A DNA stretch of 29,712 nt from a virus. Lineage: Duplodnaviria > Caudoviricetes. Both the position numbers and the translations under genes were made by a program. Positions 1 through 9,849 of this stretch are shown one piece after another (the first letter of the stretch is position 1; every line of letters begins with the position of its first letter). The notes under the pieces were generated by a model. It was not told the origin of the DNA and did not search any database. It worked only from the letters and a program-made list of their open reading frames with translations. The DNA lies in IMG/VR virus record IMGVR_UViG_3300036815_000065, positions 1-29,712 of that record; one strand, 5' to 3'.

Positions 1-1086
1 GGCGACGTCGCTTTCGTCCGGCGTCACCCCGGCGAACGAAAGCGACGTCGCCTGAGGCAGCGGGGTCGTCGCGTTCCACGCCGTGATCTGCCCGTTCTCC
101 ACCTGCCCCACGTACACCGTGTTCAGCGTCGTCGTGCCGTTCGACCGGCCGCCGATCACATACACCCACCCCTGGTACGTCACCAGAGTGTGATTCTGCA
201 TGGCCTGCGGCAAAGCCGTCTGCGCCGACCACGCGCCCAGCGAACCGGCGTTCTGGTCGAACTGGGAGGCGTACACGTTCGCCACGGTCGCGCCCTCGAA
301 CGACTGGCCGCCACCACAGTTGATCAAGATGGGGCTGCCGGTGGAGGAGTCGACGGCCATCACCGACGCCGACGAACCATCGTTCGCCACCGGGAACGGC
401 TGCTGAACCTGCGACGGGTCCGGCGGACCGGACGTCCCGAACGGGATCGTGTACACACTCGTCAACGCCGTGTCGTTCGACACCCCGCCGACCAGGAAGA
501 TGTAGCTGTTGGTGGGCCCGTTGTAGAAGCACGTCGACGGAGCCGCCGAGATACCCGTGAACGACGCCGCCGGGTAGTTGTACGGGCCACCCACCGCCAG
601 CGACAGGCCGAACGTCGTGAACTGCGCGGCGGCGAGCGGGTTCGCGGTGAGCACCGTCGTCGGCTGCGACGACGACGGACCCGCCAGCCCCGCCACACCA
701 GCCGACTGGTAGATGAACGACGCGGGCACGTACGTCTGGGTGATCAGCTCCGAAACCTGCCCGGAACCGTTGTCCGACCACAGCGACACCAGCAGGTCCG
801 CGCCCTGCCCCACCGGCAGGATCGGCAGCTGGATACGCCCAATGTTCGGGCCGTCCTGCACAAACGCCTGATCCACGTCCGTCGTGGCCAGCTGCTGGTT
901 CCACGGGTTCTGCTGCGTAGCGTTGAAGATCGCCGCCGGAGTCACCAACGGCGAACCGTGATACACGACCGTCTGCCCGTGCGTCCCGAAGATCTGGTTG
1001 ATGTGGTTCGCGCGGTTCAACGCCGTGGTGTCGCCGAACGCGCCGTTGTGCGGGGCGCCCCACACCGGGGGAGTGCTGGCAACCAT
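1..1086 (-). CDS. Minor tail protein with Kelch-like beta-propeller repeats (3'-truncated at window edge; not in ORF track)
   Basis: ATG at 1086 directly after the stop of the upstream gene; frame open to base 1. MVASTPPVWGAPH..NHINQIFGTH.. resembles the N-termini of 1087-1818 and 3420-4169. Kelch-like motifs YIFLVGG, INCGGG, WSAQTALP, GWVYVIGG, WNATTPLP. Confidence 0.85.
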   Translation of the reverse strand, partial: MVASTPPVWGAPHNGAFGDTTALNRANHINQIFGTHGQTVVYHGSPLVTPAAIFNATQQNPWNQQLATTDVDQAFVQDGPNIGRIQLPILPVGQGADLLVSLWSDNGSGQVSELITQTYVPASFIYQSAGVAGLAGPSSSQPTTVLTANPLAAAQFTTFGLSLAVGGPYNYPAASFTGISAAPSTCFYNGPTNSYIFLVGGVSNDTALTSVYTIPFGTSGPPDPSQVQQPFPVANDGSSASVMAVDSSTGSPILINCGGGQSFEGATVANVYASQFDQNAGSLGAWSAQTALPQAMQNHTLVTYQGWVYVIGGRSNGTTTLNTVYVGQVENGQITAWNATTPLPQATSLSFAGVTPDESDVA

Positions 1087-1818
1087 CTACGCCACCGTCA
1101 CTAGCGACTCGGAGAAGTAGGTGAACGTGCGCTGCGACCAGAAGTAGTTGCCGCTGCCCTCAGCCACGATGTACTCCTGAAGCTCCGACACCTGGTAGTC
1201 CCCGTTCCACGTCCACGCCGTCCACTTCGCGCCGGAGTCCTCATAGGTGTGCAGCATGTTCGTCGACGGCGACGCCGACTGGTCGAACCGCTGGTAGTAC
1301 AAGCCGTACGTCTGCGCCGTCCACGACGAGCCGTTGGTGGACGTCGACGCACCCGAGGTCTGGTTGGACTTGTACAGCGAGTAGTAGTCGGAGGCGTCGC
1401 CGACCGCGTTGAACACCGCCCAGTAGTCCGTGGACGCCGCGAGCGAACACGGCAACGGAATCGACACCACCATGGAAGTCCCCGGCACGTACTCGTACGG
1501 CACAACCGTGGTCGCCACCGCCGTGCCGCTCGGAGCGCCACCGGTACTGGTCTGGATCGAAACCGTCAACGGCCCCGGCGTACCCGTCAGCGACATCTGG
1601 AACGTGAACCGGCCCGGCGTCTGCGCCGTCCCCGGAACGAACTCCTGCGCAATGTAGAGCCCGTCAGTGTTCACAGACCCGGAACCCAGCGTCGTCGCGC
1701 CGCCAAGCGACACCCCCGTGTAGATGAACGTCGTGGCGTGCGCCCCGAGGAACTGGTTGATCTGCGCCGCGTACGTCGTGGAGTTCGCGGAAGCCGACAG
1801 GTAGGCGGGGGTGGCCAT
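1087..1818 (-). CDS. Minor tail protein, paralog of 3420-4169
   Basis: 243 aa, Thr/Ser/Gly-rich beta-type protein; GGAG SD; aligns by eye end to end with 3420-4169. Confidence 0.85.
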   Translation of the reverse strand: MATPAYLSASANSTTYAAQINQFLGAHATTFIYTGVSLGGATTLGSGSVNTDGLYIAQEFVPGTAQTPGRFTFQMSLTGTPGPLTVSIQTSTGGAPSGTAVATTVVPYEYVPGTSMVVSIPLPCSLAASTDYWAVFNAVGDASDYYSLYKSNQTSGASTSTNGSSWTAQTYGLYYQRFDQSASPSTNMLHTYEDSGAKWTAWTWNGDYQVSELQEYIVAEGSGNYFWSQRTFTYFSESLVTVA

Positions 1819-1827
1819 CAGCTGCTC

Positions 1828-3420
1828 CTAGTGGATACGAATGCAGTAGAACCCGCCGCACGTGATCGTGCTGCCCGTCGCCGACGGGGTGACCGCGAGC
1901 ACCAGCTGCTCCGAGGCCGAGTTGGCGACGGTGGTGGTGCCCTGCGTCTGCGAGCCGTAGTAGTAGTTCATGCCCAGCACCGCCTGTACCGCAAGGCTCG
2001 TCGCACTGTTCGCGACAATGTCGAAGTTCGCATACCAGGACGCGCCCGTGATGGTGCCGGAGCTGTCCGGGTTCGACGCGCCCCACGTCGAGAGCAGTGT
2101 CCCCCCGGTACCGCCCCAGTACAGACCGAACGTGAACGTGTTCGTGTCCGCAGCCGTCGTCATCGTGCCCCACGCTGCGAACCGGTAGATCTGCCCGGCC
2201 GCGAGCGCGCTCGCCGCGATGGTGCTGCCCGCCGCCAGCGTCTGAATCGTACTGACGCCCGTGATCGTCGTGGTGCTGGTGGAGGTGGTGGCGTTCTCCG
2301 ACAGGTCGATCACGAAACCGGACGGATTGCGGTAGTACATGTTGCCGCTGGAGGCGTACAGCGCCACCCCGCCGGTCGGGTTCGACGTCGGCACCGTCGC
2401 GGCGTTCGCCAGCTGGATCTCGCCCGCACCGTTGTCCCCGAGCGACGCCGACGCGCCCACGGTGACGTTCCTCGGGGTGAGGGTGTTGGTGGGGGTCATC
2501 TGGTTCGTGGTGGCGGCCGAGAGCGAGGTGGCCGTCACGACATTGTCGTTGAGGATGATCGCGGACGTACCGGAGTCGGTGATGATGCTCGCGACGGCAG
2601 ACCCGGTCGGCGAGTGCTCCACAAACCCGGTGATCGTCGCGTTGACCTCGGAGCTGGTGACATGGCAACCGTAGTGGTTGTTCGCGTAGATGAAGCAGCT
2701 GCGCAGGGAGTTGCCGGAGCCACCCGACAGGATGTACCCGTCCGTGGTGTTCGACTCGGTACCGCACCCCGACAGCGCCACGCTCGTGCACCCGGACAGC
2801 GAGTACCCGTCAACGTTGCTGTCCGACGCGCATCCGGCGAGAGAGCTGTACGACAACGAGATCAGGTGGTAGCCGATACCCGCCGTGTGGTCCAGGGCGT
2901 AGCAGCCGTTCCACGCGCAGCTGGTCCCGGACCCGTACACATGCCAGCCGTCGGCCCCGTTGCTGGAGACAAGGCAACGGTTGAATGTGGCGGTGACCGG
3001 CGACTGGATCTCCAAGCCATGGGAACCGAAGCTCGCGACACGGATGTCAGTGAGATCCAGGTAGGTCGTGTCACTGTTGACCGACAGCCCCAGGTCCACC
3101 CCGACGCCGGAACCGGAGGCCGGACCGTTGATGCTCATCCCGCGAATCGTGAAGTTCGTCAGGTCCGTGCCGGTCAGACCGTTCGCCGTCGTCGTGGCCT
3201 GCGTGATGACACTGACCCCGGACCCGCAGCCGAGCATCGTCACATACGACGACAAGGTGATCGCGGAAGAGATCTTGTAGTTGCCGGGCGGGAAGAAAGC
3301 CACCCCGCCATCCGCGCCAACCGCCGAGATCAGGTCCTGAACCGCCGTCGTGTCATCCGTGGAGCCGTTCCCGGCTGCGCCGTAGTCCTGCGGCGTCGCG
3401 TACCCGACCAGGTAAGGCAT
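1828..3420 (-). CDS. Tailspike / right-handed beta-helix protein, putative polysaccharide depolymerase (pectate lyase 3-like)
   Basis: Start moved to ATG 3420 (TGATG overlap), 530 aa. N-terminal DYGAAGNGSTDDTTAVQ..GGVAFFPPGNYKISSAI motif, Asn/Cys/Gly beta-helix repeats, beta-rich C-terminal domain. Confidence 0.85.
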   Translation of the reverse strand: MPYLVGYATPQDYGAAGNGSTDDTTAVQDLISAVGADGGVAFFPPGNYKISSAITLSSYVTMLGCGSGVSVITQATTTANGLTGTDLTNFTIRGMSINGPASGSGVGVDLGLSVNSDTTYLDLTDIRVASFGSHGLEIQSPVTATFNRCLVSSNGADGWHVYGSGTSCAWNGCYALDHTAGIGYHLISLSYSSLAGCASDSNVDGYSLSGCTSVALSGCGTESNTTDGYILSGGSGNSLRSCFIYANNHYGCHVTSSEVNATITGFVEHSPTGSAVASIITDSGTSAIILNDNVVTATSLSAATTNQMTPTNTLTPRNVTVGASASLGDNGAGEIQLANAATVPTSNPTGGVALYASSGNMYYRNPSGFVIDLSENATTSTSTTTITGVSTIQTLAAGSTIAASALAAGQIYRFAAWGTMTTAADTNTFTFGLYWGGTGGTLLSTWGASNPDSSGTITGASWYANFDIVANSATSLAVQAVLGMNYYYGSQTQGTTTVANSASEQLVLAVTPSATGSTITCGGFYCIRIH

Positions 3421-4169
3421 CAGTTCACTCCAATGATCTGTCCGTTGCTGTACGTGATGGTGCGCGAGGACGTCAACGAGCCGCCGCCTTGAGTCTGCGT
3501 CGTCTCCACCAGACCCGTCAGATAGCCGCTGGTCCACGTGAACGCCACCGTGCGCGCCCCGCCGTCCTCCGAGAAACCCTGAATGACACTGTTAGGGTTC
3601 GCCGACGCGTCGAACACCTGATACATCAACCCGAACGCCTGCGGCGACCACGTCACCCCGTCCGGGGCCGTCGAACACCCGTTGGCCTGGTTCGACTGCT
3701 GCCACACGTAGTACGCCGACGGCGAACCGGCCGTAGACACCACCAGCCAGTACGGCGTCGACGCCGTCAACCCCGTCGCCAGCAGCGGAACCTCCACCCA
3801 GAACGGCTGCATGTAGACGTACGTCTCCAGCAGCGACGTCTGAGCCAGCACCGTCGCGGACGGCGCGTTGAACGACGACGACACAAGCGACACCGTCAGG
3901 TTGTCGATCGTGTTGTTGACCGGCGAACCCCCCACCGTCGAGATCTGAAGCAGCACGCGCCCCACAGTCGTCTGCGACGCCCCGGTGGTGAACACCTGCG
4001 CCAAGTACAACTCCTCAGTGGACTGATAGATGCTGTCGCCGGTCGTCTCGTTCGCCTGCTGGTTGCCTGTGTAGAGCCACTGCGTCGTATGCGAACCAAC
4101 GAACTGGTTGACCTGCCCGGCGAGGCCTTGATACCCGGCCGTCGCCCCCAGCCATACCGGCGTAGCCAT
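3420..4169 (-). CDS. Minor tail protein, paralog of 1087-1818
   Basis: Start moved to ATG 4169 (TGATG overlap), 249 aa, MATPVWLGATAG..QVNQFVGSH. Confidence 0.85.
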   Translation of the reverse strand: MATPVWLGATAGYQGLAGQVNQFVGSHTTQWLYTGNQQANETTGDSIYQSTEELYLAQVFTTGASQTTVGRVLLQISTVGGSPVNNTIDNLTVSLVSSSFNAPSATVLAQTSLLETYVYMQPFWVEVPLLATGLTASTPYWLVVSTAGSPSAYYVWQQSNQANGCSTAPDGVTWSPQAFGLMYQVFDASANPNSVIQGFSEDGGARTVAFTWTSGYLTGLVETTQTQGGGSLTSSRTITYSNGQIIGVN

Positions 4170-4735
4170 CAGGGCCCCCACTCCAACGACATCTGGAACA
4201 CCAGAGCGTTCGTCGTCGGCACGCTGATCACGGGGGAGAACTGCCAATGGTCGATCATGGCCCCGGAGTTCGTCTCCGAGGTCGCGTTGGCGAACACGCC
4301 CGCCTCAGCAACCGACCACGTAGTGGGGGGAGTGGAGAAGAAAAACAGCCACGTCGACAACGCGGCCACGGTGGAGGTCGCCGGAGTCGACGCGCCCGCC
4401 CCGACCGTGGTGCGGGCCAGCTCCGCCTCCAACGCCGTATCCGACTTCAACGGCGTGCCGGTGCCGGAACCGACCGCGCCGTACAGCGGCGTCAGGTACG
4501 TCGGCGAGGTCACCCCGAGGTTCAACGCCTGATCCTCGATACCCGACCACACCATGGCCTGCGCCAGCACCGTCCATCCCGTCGTGCACACGACGTTGTA
4601 GCCGTCACGCTCGTCCACGACGTTGCCTTGCGCGTCCACGACATACAGCTTGAGGTGGCCCTTCACGCTCAACGGTTCCCGGGCCGCAGGGGCGAGCTGA
4701 CGGCGCCCGGCGCGCCGGAACGGGTTCAGCTCCAC
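4169..4735 (-). CDS. Minor tail / baseplate protein
   Basis: Likely GTG 4735, 188 aa. Motifs NVVCTTG, AVGSGTGTP..SDTALEAELAR and VAEAGVF are typical of tail-fibre/baseplate N-terminal domains. Confidence 0.75.
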   Translation of the reverse strand: MELNPFRRAGRRQLAPAAREPLSVKGHLKLYVVDAQGNVVDERDGYNVVCTTGWTVLAQAMVWSGIEDQALNLGVTSPTYLTPLYGAVGSGTGTPLKSDTALEAELARTTVGAGASTPATSTVAALSTWLFFFSTPPTTWSVAEAGVFANATSETNSGAMIDHWQFSPVISVPTTNALVFQMSLEWGP

Positions 4736-4950
4736 TGGAACGCCCCCCACACTTCCTGGTCCCACCCCGGCAGCGCCCGGGTGACGCTGGTGACCATGTC
4801 CGAAACCGTCAGCTGCTCGTCCGCCTCGCCCACCAGGGAAATCGGGGTGGTCGGCGCCGTCGTCGAGACACCCGACTGCGAACCGGTCGCCGTACCGTAA
4901 ATGGTCTGAAGGACGTCAACGATGGTGTACGCCCGGTTCACGCCCGGCAT
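4726..4950 (-). CDS. Small tail-tip protein
   Basis: Start moved to ATG 4950 (TGATG overlap), 74 aa, aromatic C-terminus WDQEVWGAFQWS. Confidence 0.7.
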   Translation of the reverse strand: MPGVNRAYTIVDVLQTIYGTATGSQSGVSTTAPTTPISLVGEADEQLTVSDMVTSVTRALPGWDQEVWGAFQWS

Positions 4951-6341
4951 CAGAGCCTCACTCCCTGGATCTCCATCTCGCGGTACCCGCCGTCCTTCAC
5001 GAAGTTGATCGTGTTGGAGATACACAGGAACGTGTCGTTCACGCCGGTCCACTGGTTGTTGTTCTGCGTGTCCGGCAGCAGCGCGTTGTCGTAGACGAAC
5101 GTGTAACCCGCACGGACCCAGCCGACGAACGCCTCATCTGTGTCGAAGGTCGCCCGCTCAACGGCAAACCCGTACTCCTGCCGCTCCGCCTGCGCGCGGG
5201 CCAACGCCATCGAGGCCGTAGTCAGCGACGTATCGGAGATGTACTCCACATACCGGCCGCCGTTCGGGCCCGTGTACGCCTCCTGCGAGGAGAGGTTCTG
5301 CGCCTGCGCGACAATCGGCACCTCGTACGTGTACCAGAGCTGAATGATCAGACCGGCCGACGGCGCCGAGTCCGTGGACAAGAACCACTGCCCGTTGGCG
5401 TTCTCACCCACCTGCCACTCCGCGTCCGACGTGTCACCCGCCTGCACCAGCGTCGGAGTGACCGACACGCCGCCGACGAGCAGCTGCGACGCCGACGACA
5501 CCGTGTACTTCAACGCCCACGAATCGGTGTACCCGTCGGCGAGCCACGTGCCGGTCGCCGGACCGGTCGTTGGTGAGGTGATGGTCTGGTTCGCGCCCTG
5601 AACGATGATGACGTTGTGGACCTGCGTGCCGTCCCACTCGTACTGGAACTGCGAGTCACGCAGAATGTGCCCCTCAGTCGCGGAACCCGCCACGGTCGGC
5701 GACGTCGTGAACGTCGCGTTGCTCGACTGCGCCGTAGACGAGTCGTAGAAATGAAGGTCCCTGTTCTGATCCACATACCAGCCGTACGGCGTGGACGACG
5801 ACGCCTGCGAGGCGAGCGCCCTCCACGCCGCCGACAGCGTGGCGTAGTTGAAGTTGATCGTGTTCACCGACGGCGCCGGAGCGACGAACCCGCCGTCAGC
5901 AACCTTCGCCGCGTTGATCCCGCAGTTCGCCTGCGCCGTCAACTCCACCACGATCTCGTCGATGGTGTAGCCGTTGAAGATCCCCTTCACGACGGCGTTG
6001 TCCGCGTAAAACGTGTAGTCGGTGCAGTTGAGAATCCACTCGTTGCGGTTCGCGCCGTCGACGAACAGCACCGGGTCGTTCACCACACCCGCGAACAGGT
6101 ACGTGCTGATGTTGGCGTCGTACAACGACACCTGCGACAACACGGGAATGAAGATCTGCGGGGTAGCGAAACCCTGCCAGTCATCGACAAGCGTGAACAC
6201 TGCCGTGTCACCCTGACGCCCGAAGTTCTGGGTGATCGACATCTGCTGCTGCGTGCCGTCATACGCCAGGTGAGTGGCGTAGTTCGTCGTCGAACCGCCC
6301 GGAGGCGTGATGTTGAAGATGAGATCAGGGAGGTTAACCAC
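4950..6341 (-). CDS. Tail tip / baseplate hub-like protein
   Basis: 463 aa, directly after the tape measure gene. Hub-like motifs LNCTDYTFY, GWYVDQNRDLHFY, NVIIVQG, ISDTSLTT..A.ARAQAE. Confidence 0.75.
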   Translation of the reverse strand: MVNLPDLIFNITPPGGSTTNYATHLAYDGTQQQMSITQNFGRQGDTAVFTLVDDWQGFATPQIFIPVLSQVSLYDANISTYLFAGVVNDPVLFVDGANRNEWILNCTDYTFYADNAVVKGIFNGYTIDEIVVELTAQANCGINAAKVADGGFVAPAPSVNTINFNYATLSAAWRALASQASSSTPYGWYVDQNRDLHFYDSSTAQSSNATFTTSPTVAGSATEGHILRDSQFQYEWDGTQVHNVIIVQGANQTITSPTTGPATGTWLADGYTDSWALKYTVSSASQLLVGGVSVTPTLVQAGDTSDAEWQVGENANGQWFLSTDSAPSAGLIIQLWYTYEVPIVAQAQNLSSQEAYTGPNGGRYVEYISDTSLTTASMALARAQAERQEYGFAVERATFDTDEAFVGWVRAGYTFVYDNALLPDTQNNNQWTGVNDTFLCISNTINFVKDGGYREMEIQGVRL

Positions 6342-9300
6342 GCGGGTACCCCACTCTCAGTCCGCCCTGCGGCAGGATGTACTTCGTCAACGCCGAACCC
6401 ATCTTGTTGACGAAAGTACCCATGTCGCGCTCCGTCATCATCTGCGTGCCGCGCATGTCCAGGTTGATGTACGTTGCGGTGCCCTGCTGAGCACCGAGAC
6501 CCTGCGTCGGCAGACCCGCCCCGGTGTACCGGACGTTGTTCAACGCCTGCTGCGCCGTCGAGACCGTAGTGGCAGCCGCCGTCTTCACGGCCGCCTGGAT
6601 CGAACCCACGTTGTCCTCGATGCCCTGCGCGATACCCATGGGGATGTACTTGCCGACCTCGTCCGCCATCACCTTCGACGGCGACAGAATCGACAACGCG
6701 TCCTTAGCCCACCCGACAACATCGCCGCCGAGACCCTTCACCTTGGACTCCAGGTCACCGACCATGTTGTCCAGGCCGTGCTCCATGCCCTTGATGATGT
6801 TCTCGCCGGTCGAGACGAGCCACGTGTCGGCGTCCGCCAGCAGGTTCATGATCTTCCCGGGCAGCTGGCCGAACCAGTTCAACACGTTCTGCACACCATG
6901 CGACACCGAGGTGACGACGCCGCCCAGCCAGTTCGCGAACTTCCCCGGGAGCGAACCGAACCAGTTGAGGATCGAGGAGACGTCGTTCACGCCGTCCTGG
7001 AACCACTGCTTGATGTCGGACCAGTACTTGATGATCGTCGTCACCACGATGCCGATCGGGCCCGTAATGATGTCGACCAGCAGCACCCAGTGCGACTTCA
7101 CCCAGGAGACGATGTCGTTGATGGCGTTGGAGATGCCCGAGGTGATATCCGACCAGTACTTGATGACCGAGGCGACAATAATGCCGATCGGACCGGTGAT
7201 GATCGCGATCAGCAGTTCCCAGTGGCTTTCAACCCAGGAGACGATGTCGCTGACGGCGTCCACAATGCCGTCCTTGATCGCGTCGAACGTGGCGATAGTG
7301 GCGACCCACACCGCCTTGATGACGTCGACCATGTCGTCAAAGATCGCCTTGGTGTAGTCCCAGGCGAGTTCGGCGGCATCCTTGATGATGTTCCAGGCGT
7401 CCTTCCAGAAGTCCCGGAACGCCGCACAGTGATTCCACAACAGGACGAACGCCGCGACGAGCGCAACGATAGCGATGATGATCAACCCGATCGGGTTGGC
7501 GTCCATCGCGACATCAACCTCTTCGGTCGCCACCGCCAACTCTTCGGCTGCGCCCACCGCCTCCTCCTGCGCGGCCATCAGCACATCCATGTCCGCACCG
7601 GCCGTATCCAGCGCCGCGCCCAACTCCTCACAGGACGCGATCAGCCCATCAATCGCGGCCTGCTGCTCCTCGGTGACACCCGTCTCCTCCTCCATCGAGG
7701 CAATCAGTTCCTCGATGGCGGCCTGACGCTCCCGCTCGGCCTCCGCCTCCTCCTCGGCCGCACCGGCAGCCTCCTCGGAGGACTCCGCAGCCTTGGTGTC
7801 CGTCTCCGCCTTCTTGGTGAACAACCCGATGGCCTTGGACACGACGGTGTTGACGGCGTTGAACGCCGACTGCACCGACTTGACCGCCTTCACCGCAAGG
7901 TTGATCGCGCCGACAAGCGTGAACAAAGCAGCCGCCCCCGCGACGACGTACATGGTCACCTTCTGGTGGCCTTGCGTCCACTCGGCGAGCGGCTTGACGA
8001 TGTCGATGACACCGTCCATCAGCTTCGTCACAGCAGGCAGCAGCGCCGTACCAATCGAGATGGCCGTGGTGTCCAGGGACTCCTTAGCCTCATCAATCTT
8101 CTGGTTGAACGTGCCCTGCACCTCAGACCAACCAGCCACACTGGAAGTCGCGGACGTACCCGCCTTGGTGACCGCCGCCACATTCTTCTGGAACGTGGTC
8201 ATGTTGCCGCCGGTCAGGTACAGAGCCGTCTTCAGACCGGTCGCACCACCGGTCATCTTCTCCATCGCCTGCTGGTACGTCTGCGCCGCCGGGGAACCCG
8301 ACTTCAGCAGCGAGTTGAACGACTGCGTCTGATCGTAGTCAGCAGCGAACTCCGTCAGCTGAGTCTTGGCGGCACCCGACACACCGTACAAATCCTGCTG
8401 CCACTGCTTGGTGTTGATGCTGCCCGCCGCGTACTGCTTCGCCAGGCTCGCGACGTTCGGCGACATCTTCGTCAGCATCGTGTTCATGTCGGCGCCAGCG
8501 TTCGTCGCGTTCTGGAACGCGTTCTGAATTACCGTGCCCGACGGCCCCATGTGGCTCGTGATCGCGTTCGACAGTTCCTCGTACGTGCCGGTCAGGCCCT
8601 GCTTACCCAGATCCTTCTGGACCTGCGTCGACTGAACACCCAACTGCTGCATCTCGTTGACCGCGACACTGTTGGGGTTCTCCAGGCTCGTGATGGCGTT
8701 AGACAGCAGGTTCGCCGACTCCTGCGCCGACACACCCTGCGCCGTCATCGTCGCCATCGCGCCGCCAACCTGACCAAACGAGATCTTCGCCTGCGCCGCC
8801 TCAGGCAGCACCGTCGACAGCGCACCCGCCAGAGCCTCAGTCGTGGTCTTACCTCGCGAGACGACAGCGATCATCTGATTCATCACGCCGTTCGACACGC
8901 TCTGGTTCAGCGCAGCCGACTTCGCCGAGATGCCGTAGTCCGTCATCACCGTCGTCATCGCGTTGGTGACGGTACCCAGGTCCGCGTTCTCCGCCTTAGC
9001 ACCCTCAGCCGCCGCCTGCATCACGTTCAGGCCCGCCGCGCCCGTATACCCGGCCGAACCGGCGAGGTACATGCCGTTCACGAGTTCCTGCGTGGCGGTG
9101 CCGGTCGACGCAGCGAGCGACAACAGCCCCGTCTGCACCTGCGCAAGAGTGCCCTTGTAGTTCACCATCCCGTTCTGAACCTGGATGATGCTGCCCGCCG
9201 TCTCACCGCCGGACGTCGCCAGAACAGTCGTCGCGGTCTGGTACTTCGCGGCCATGTCAACGGCGAGACCGCCCGCCGCATCCATCACCAAACCAACCTT

Positions 9301-9849
9301 GCCAACCGTGGACGCCGCCGACGACAGCTTGTCGCCCAGCGAGGAGGAAGACTCCCCCACCTCACCGTTCGCCACAGCCTGCGCATACGCCGTGTCGCTT
9401 TGCAGCTTCTGGGCGTCGCCGAGAGCCTTGGTCGCGGTCGCCGCCTCCGTCGACGCATCCGCCAGGGCCTTGTTCGCAGTCGACAAGGCCGTAGCAGCAG
9501 TCACATCACCGTCAGCCGCCGCCTCGAACTCCTCCATTGCGGAAAGCAGAGACTTCTCCGCCGCCGCCTGCCGCTCCAGAGCCTCAGCCTGATCGTTCTC
9601 CGCCGCCGTCAACCGCGCCTCAGCAACAGCGAGCGCATCCGCCCCAGACGCCGTCTCCAACAGCATCGCCTGAATGTCGGCGCCGGAGCCATCCGCGTTA
9701 CCGGCGGCCTCCCGCAGAGTGTCGGTGAACGACGACACCGTTTCGTTCATCTTCTCGAACGGCTCGGTGATCGAGTCCACGGCCTCCACGACCGCCATGA
9801 TCGTGAAGGCCGTACCGCCGAGCGCGCCGAGAGAACCCAACCCGGCCAT
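6334..9849 (-). CDS. Tape measure protein
   Basis: 1171 aa, Ala-rich and helical, TP901-type core, ANPIGLIIIAIVALVAAFVLLWNH motif, Trp-periodic repeats; follows the tail chaperones; GGAGG SD. Confidence 0.95.
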   Translation of the reverse strand: MAGLGSLGALGGTAFTIMAVVEAVDSITEPFEKMNETVSSFTDTLREAAGNADGSGADIQAMLLETASGADALAVAEARLTAAENDQAEALERQAAAEKSLLSAMEEFEAAADGDVTAATALSTANKALADASTEAATATKALGDAQKLQSDTAYAQAVANGEVGESSSSLGDKLSSAASTVGKVGLVMDAAGGLAVDMAAKYQTATTVLATSGGETAGSIIQVQNGMVNYKGTLAQVQTGLLSLAASTGTATQELVNGMYLAGSAGYTGAAGLNVMQAAAEGAKAENADLGTVTNAMTTVMTDYGISAKSAALNQSVSNGVMNQMIAVVSRGKTTTEALAGALSTVLPEAAQAKISFGQVGGAMATMTAQGVSAQESANLLSNAITSLENPNSVAVNEMQQLGVQSTQVQKDLGKQGLTGTYEELSNAITSHMGPSGTVIQNAFQNATNAGADMNTMLTKMSPNVASLAKQYAAGSINTKQWQQDLYGVSGAAKTQLTEFAADYDQTQSFNSLLKSGSPAAQTYQQAMEKMTGGATGLKTALYLTGGNMTTFQKNVAAVTKAGTSATSSVAGWSEVQGTFNQKIDEAKESLDTTAISIGTALLPAVTKLMDGVIDIVKPLAEWTQGHQKVTMYVVAGAAALFTLVGAINLAVKAVKSVQSAFNAVNTVVSKAIGLFTKKAETDTKAAESSEEAAGAAEEEAEAERERQAAIEELIASMEEETGVTEEQQAAIDGLIASCEELGAALDTAGADMDVLMAAQEEAVGAAEELAVATEEVDVAMDANPIGLIIIAIVALVAAFVLLWNHCAAFRDFWKDAWNIIKDAAELAWDYTKAIFDDMVDVIKAVWVATIATFDAIKDGIVDAVSDIVSWVESHWELLIAIITGPIGIIVASVIKYWSDITSGISNAINDIVSWVKSHWVLLVDIITGPIGIVVTTIIKYWSDIKQWFQDGVNDVSSILNWFGSLPGKFANWLGGVVTSVSHGVQNVLNWFGQLPGKIMNLLADADTWLVSTGENIIKGMEHGLDNMVGDLESKVKGLGGDVVGWAKDALSILSPSKVMADEVGKYIPMGIAQGIEDNVGSIQAAVKTAAATTVSTAQQALNNVRYTGAGLPTQGLGAQQGTATYINLDMRGTQMMTERDMGTFVNKMGSALTKYILPQGGLRVGYPRG
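7017..7280 (-). repeat. Two tandem 132-bp (44-aa) repeat units in the tape measure gene
   Basis: DIVSWV.SHW.LL..IITGPIGI.V...IKYWSDI occurs twice; ccagtacttgatga at 7021 and 7153 (offset 132 nt = 4 x 11 aa). Confidence 0.85.

Noticed and set aside
1-52. Perfect 17-bp inverted repeat (1-17 / 36-52) at the very start of the window
   Set aside because: It lies inside a CDS, starts exactly at the sequence edge, and the last codons (ESDVA) break the expected Kelch pattern. Most likely a fold-back read or assembly artefact rather than a terminal hairpin; raw reads would decide.
7017-7280. 132-bp tandem repeat as a CRISPR-like or DGR template/variable repeat
   Set aside because: In-frame, degenerate at synonymous positions and matching the 11-residue periodicity of tape measure proteins; no spacers or reverse transcriptase present.
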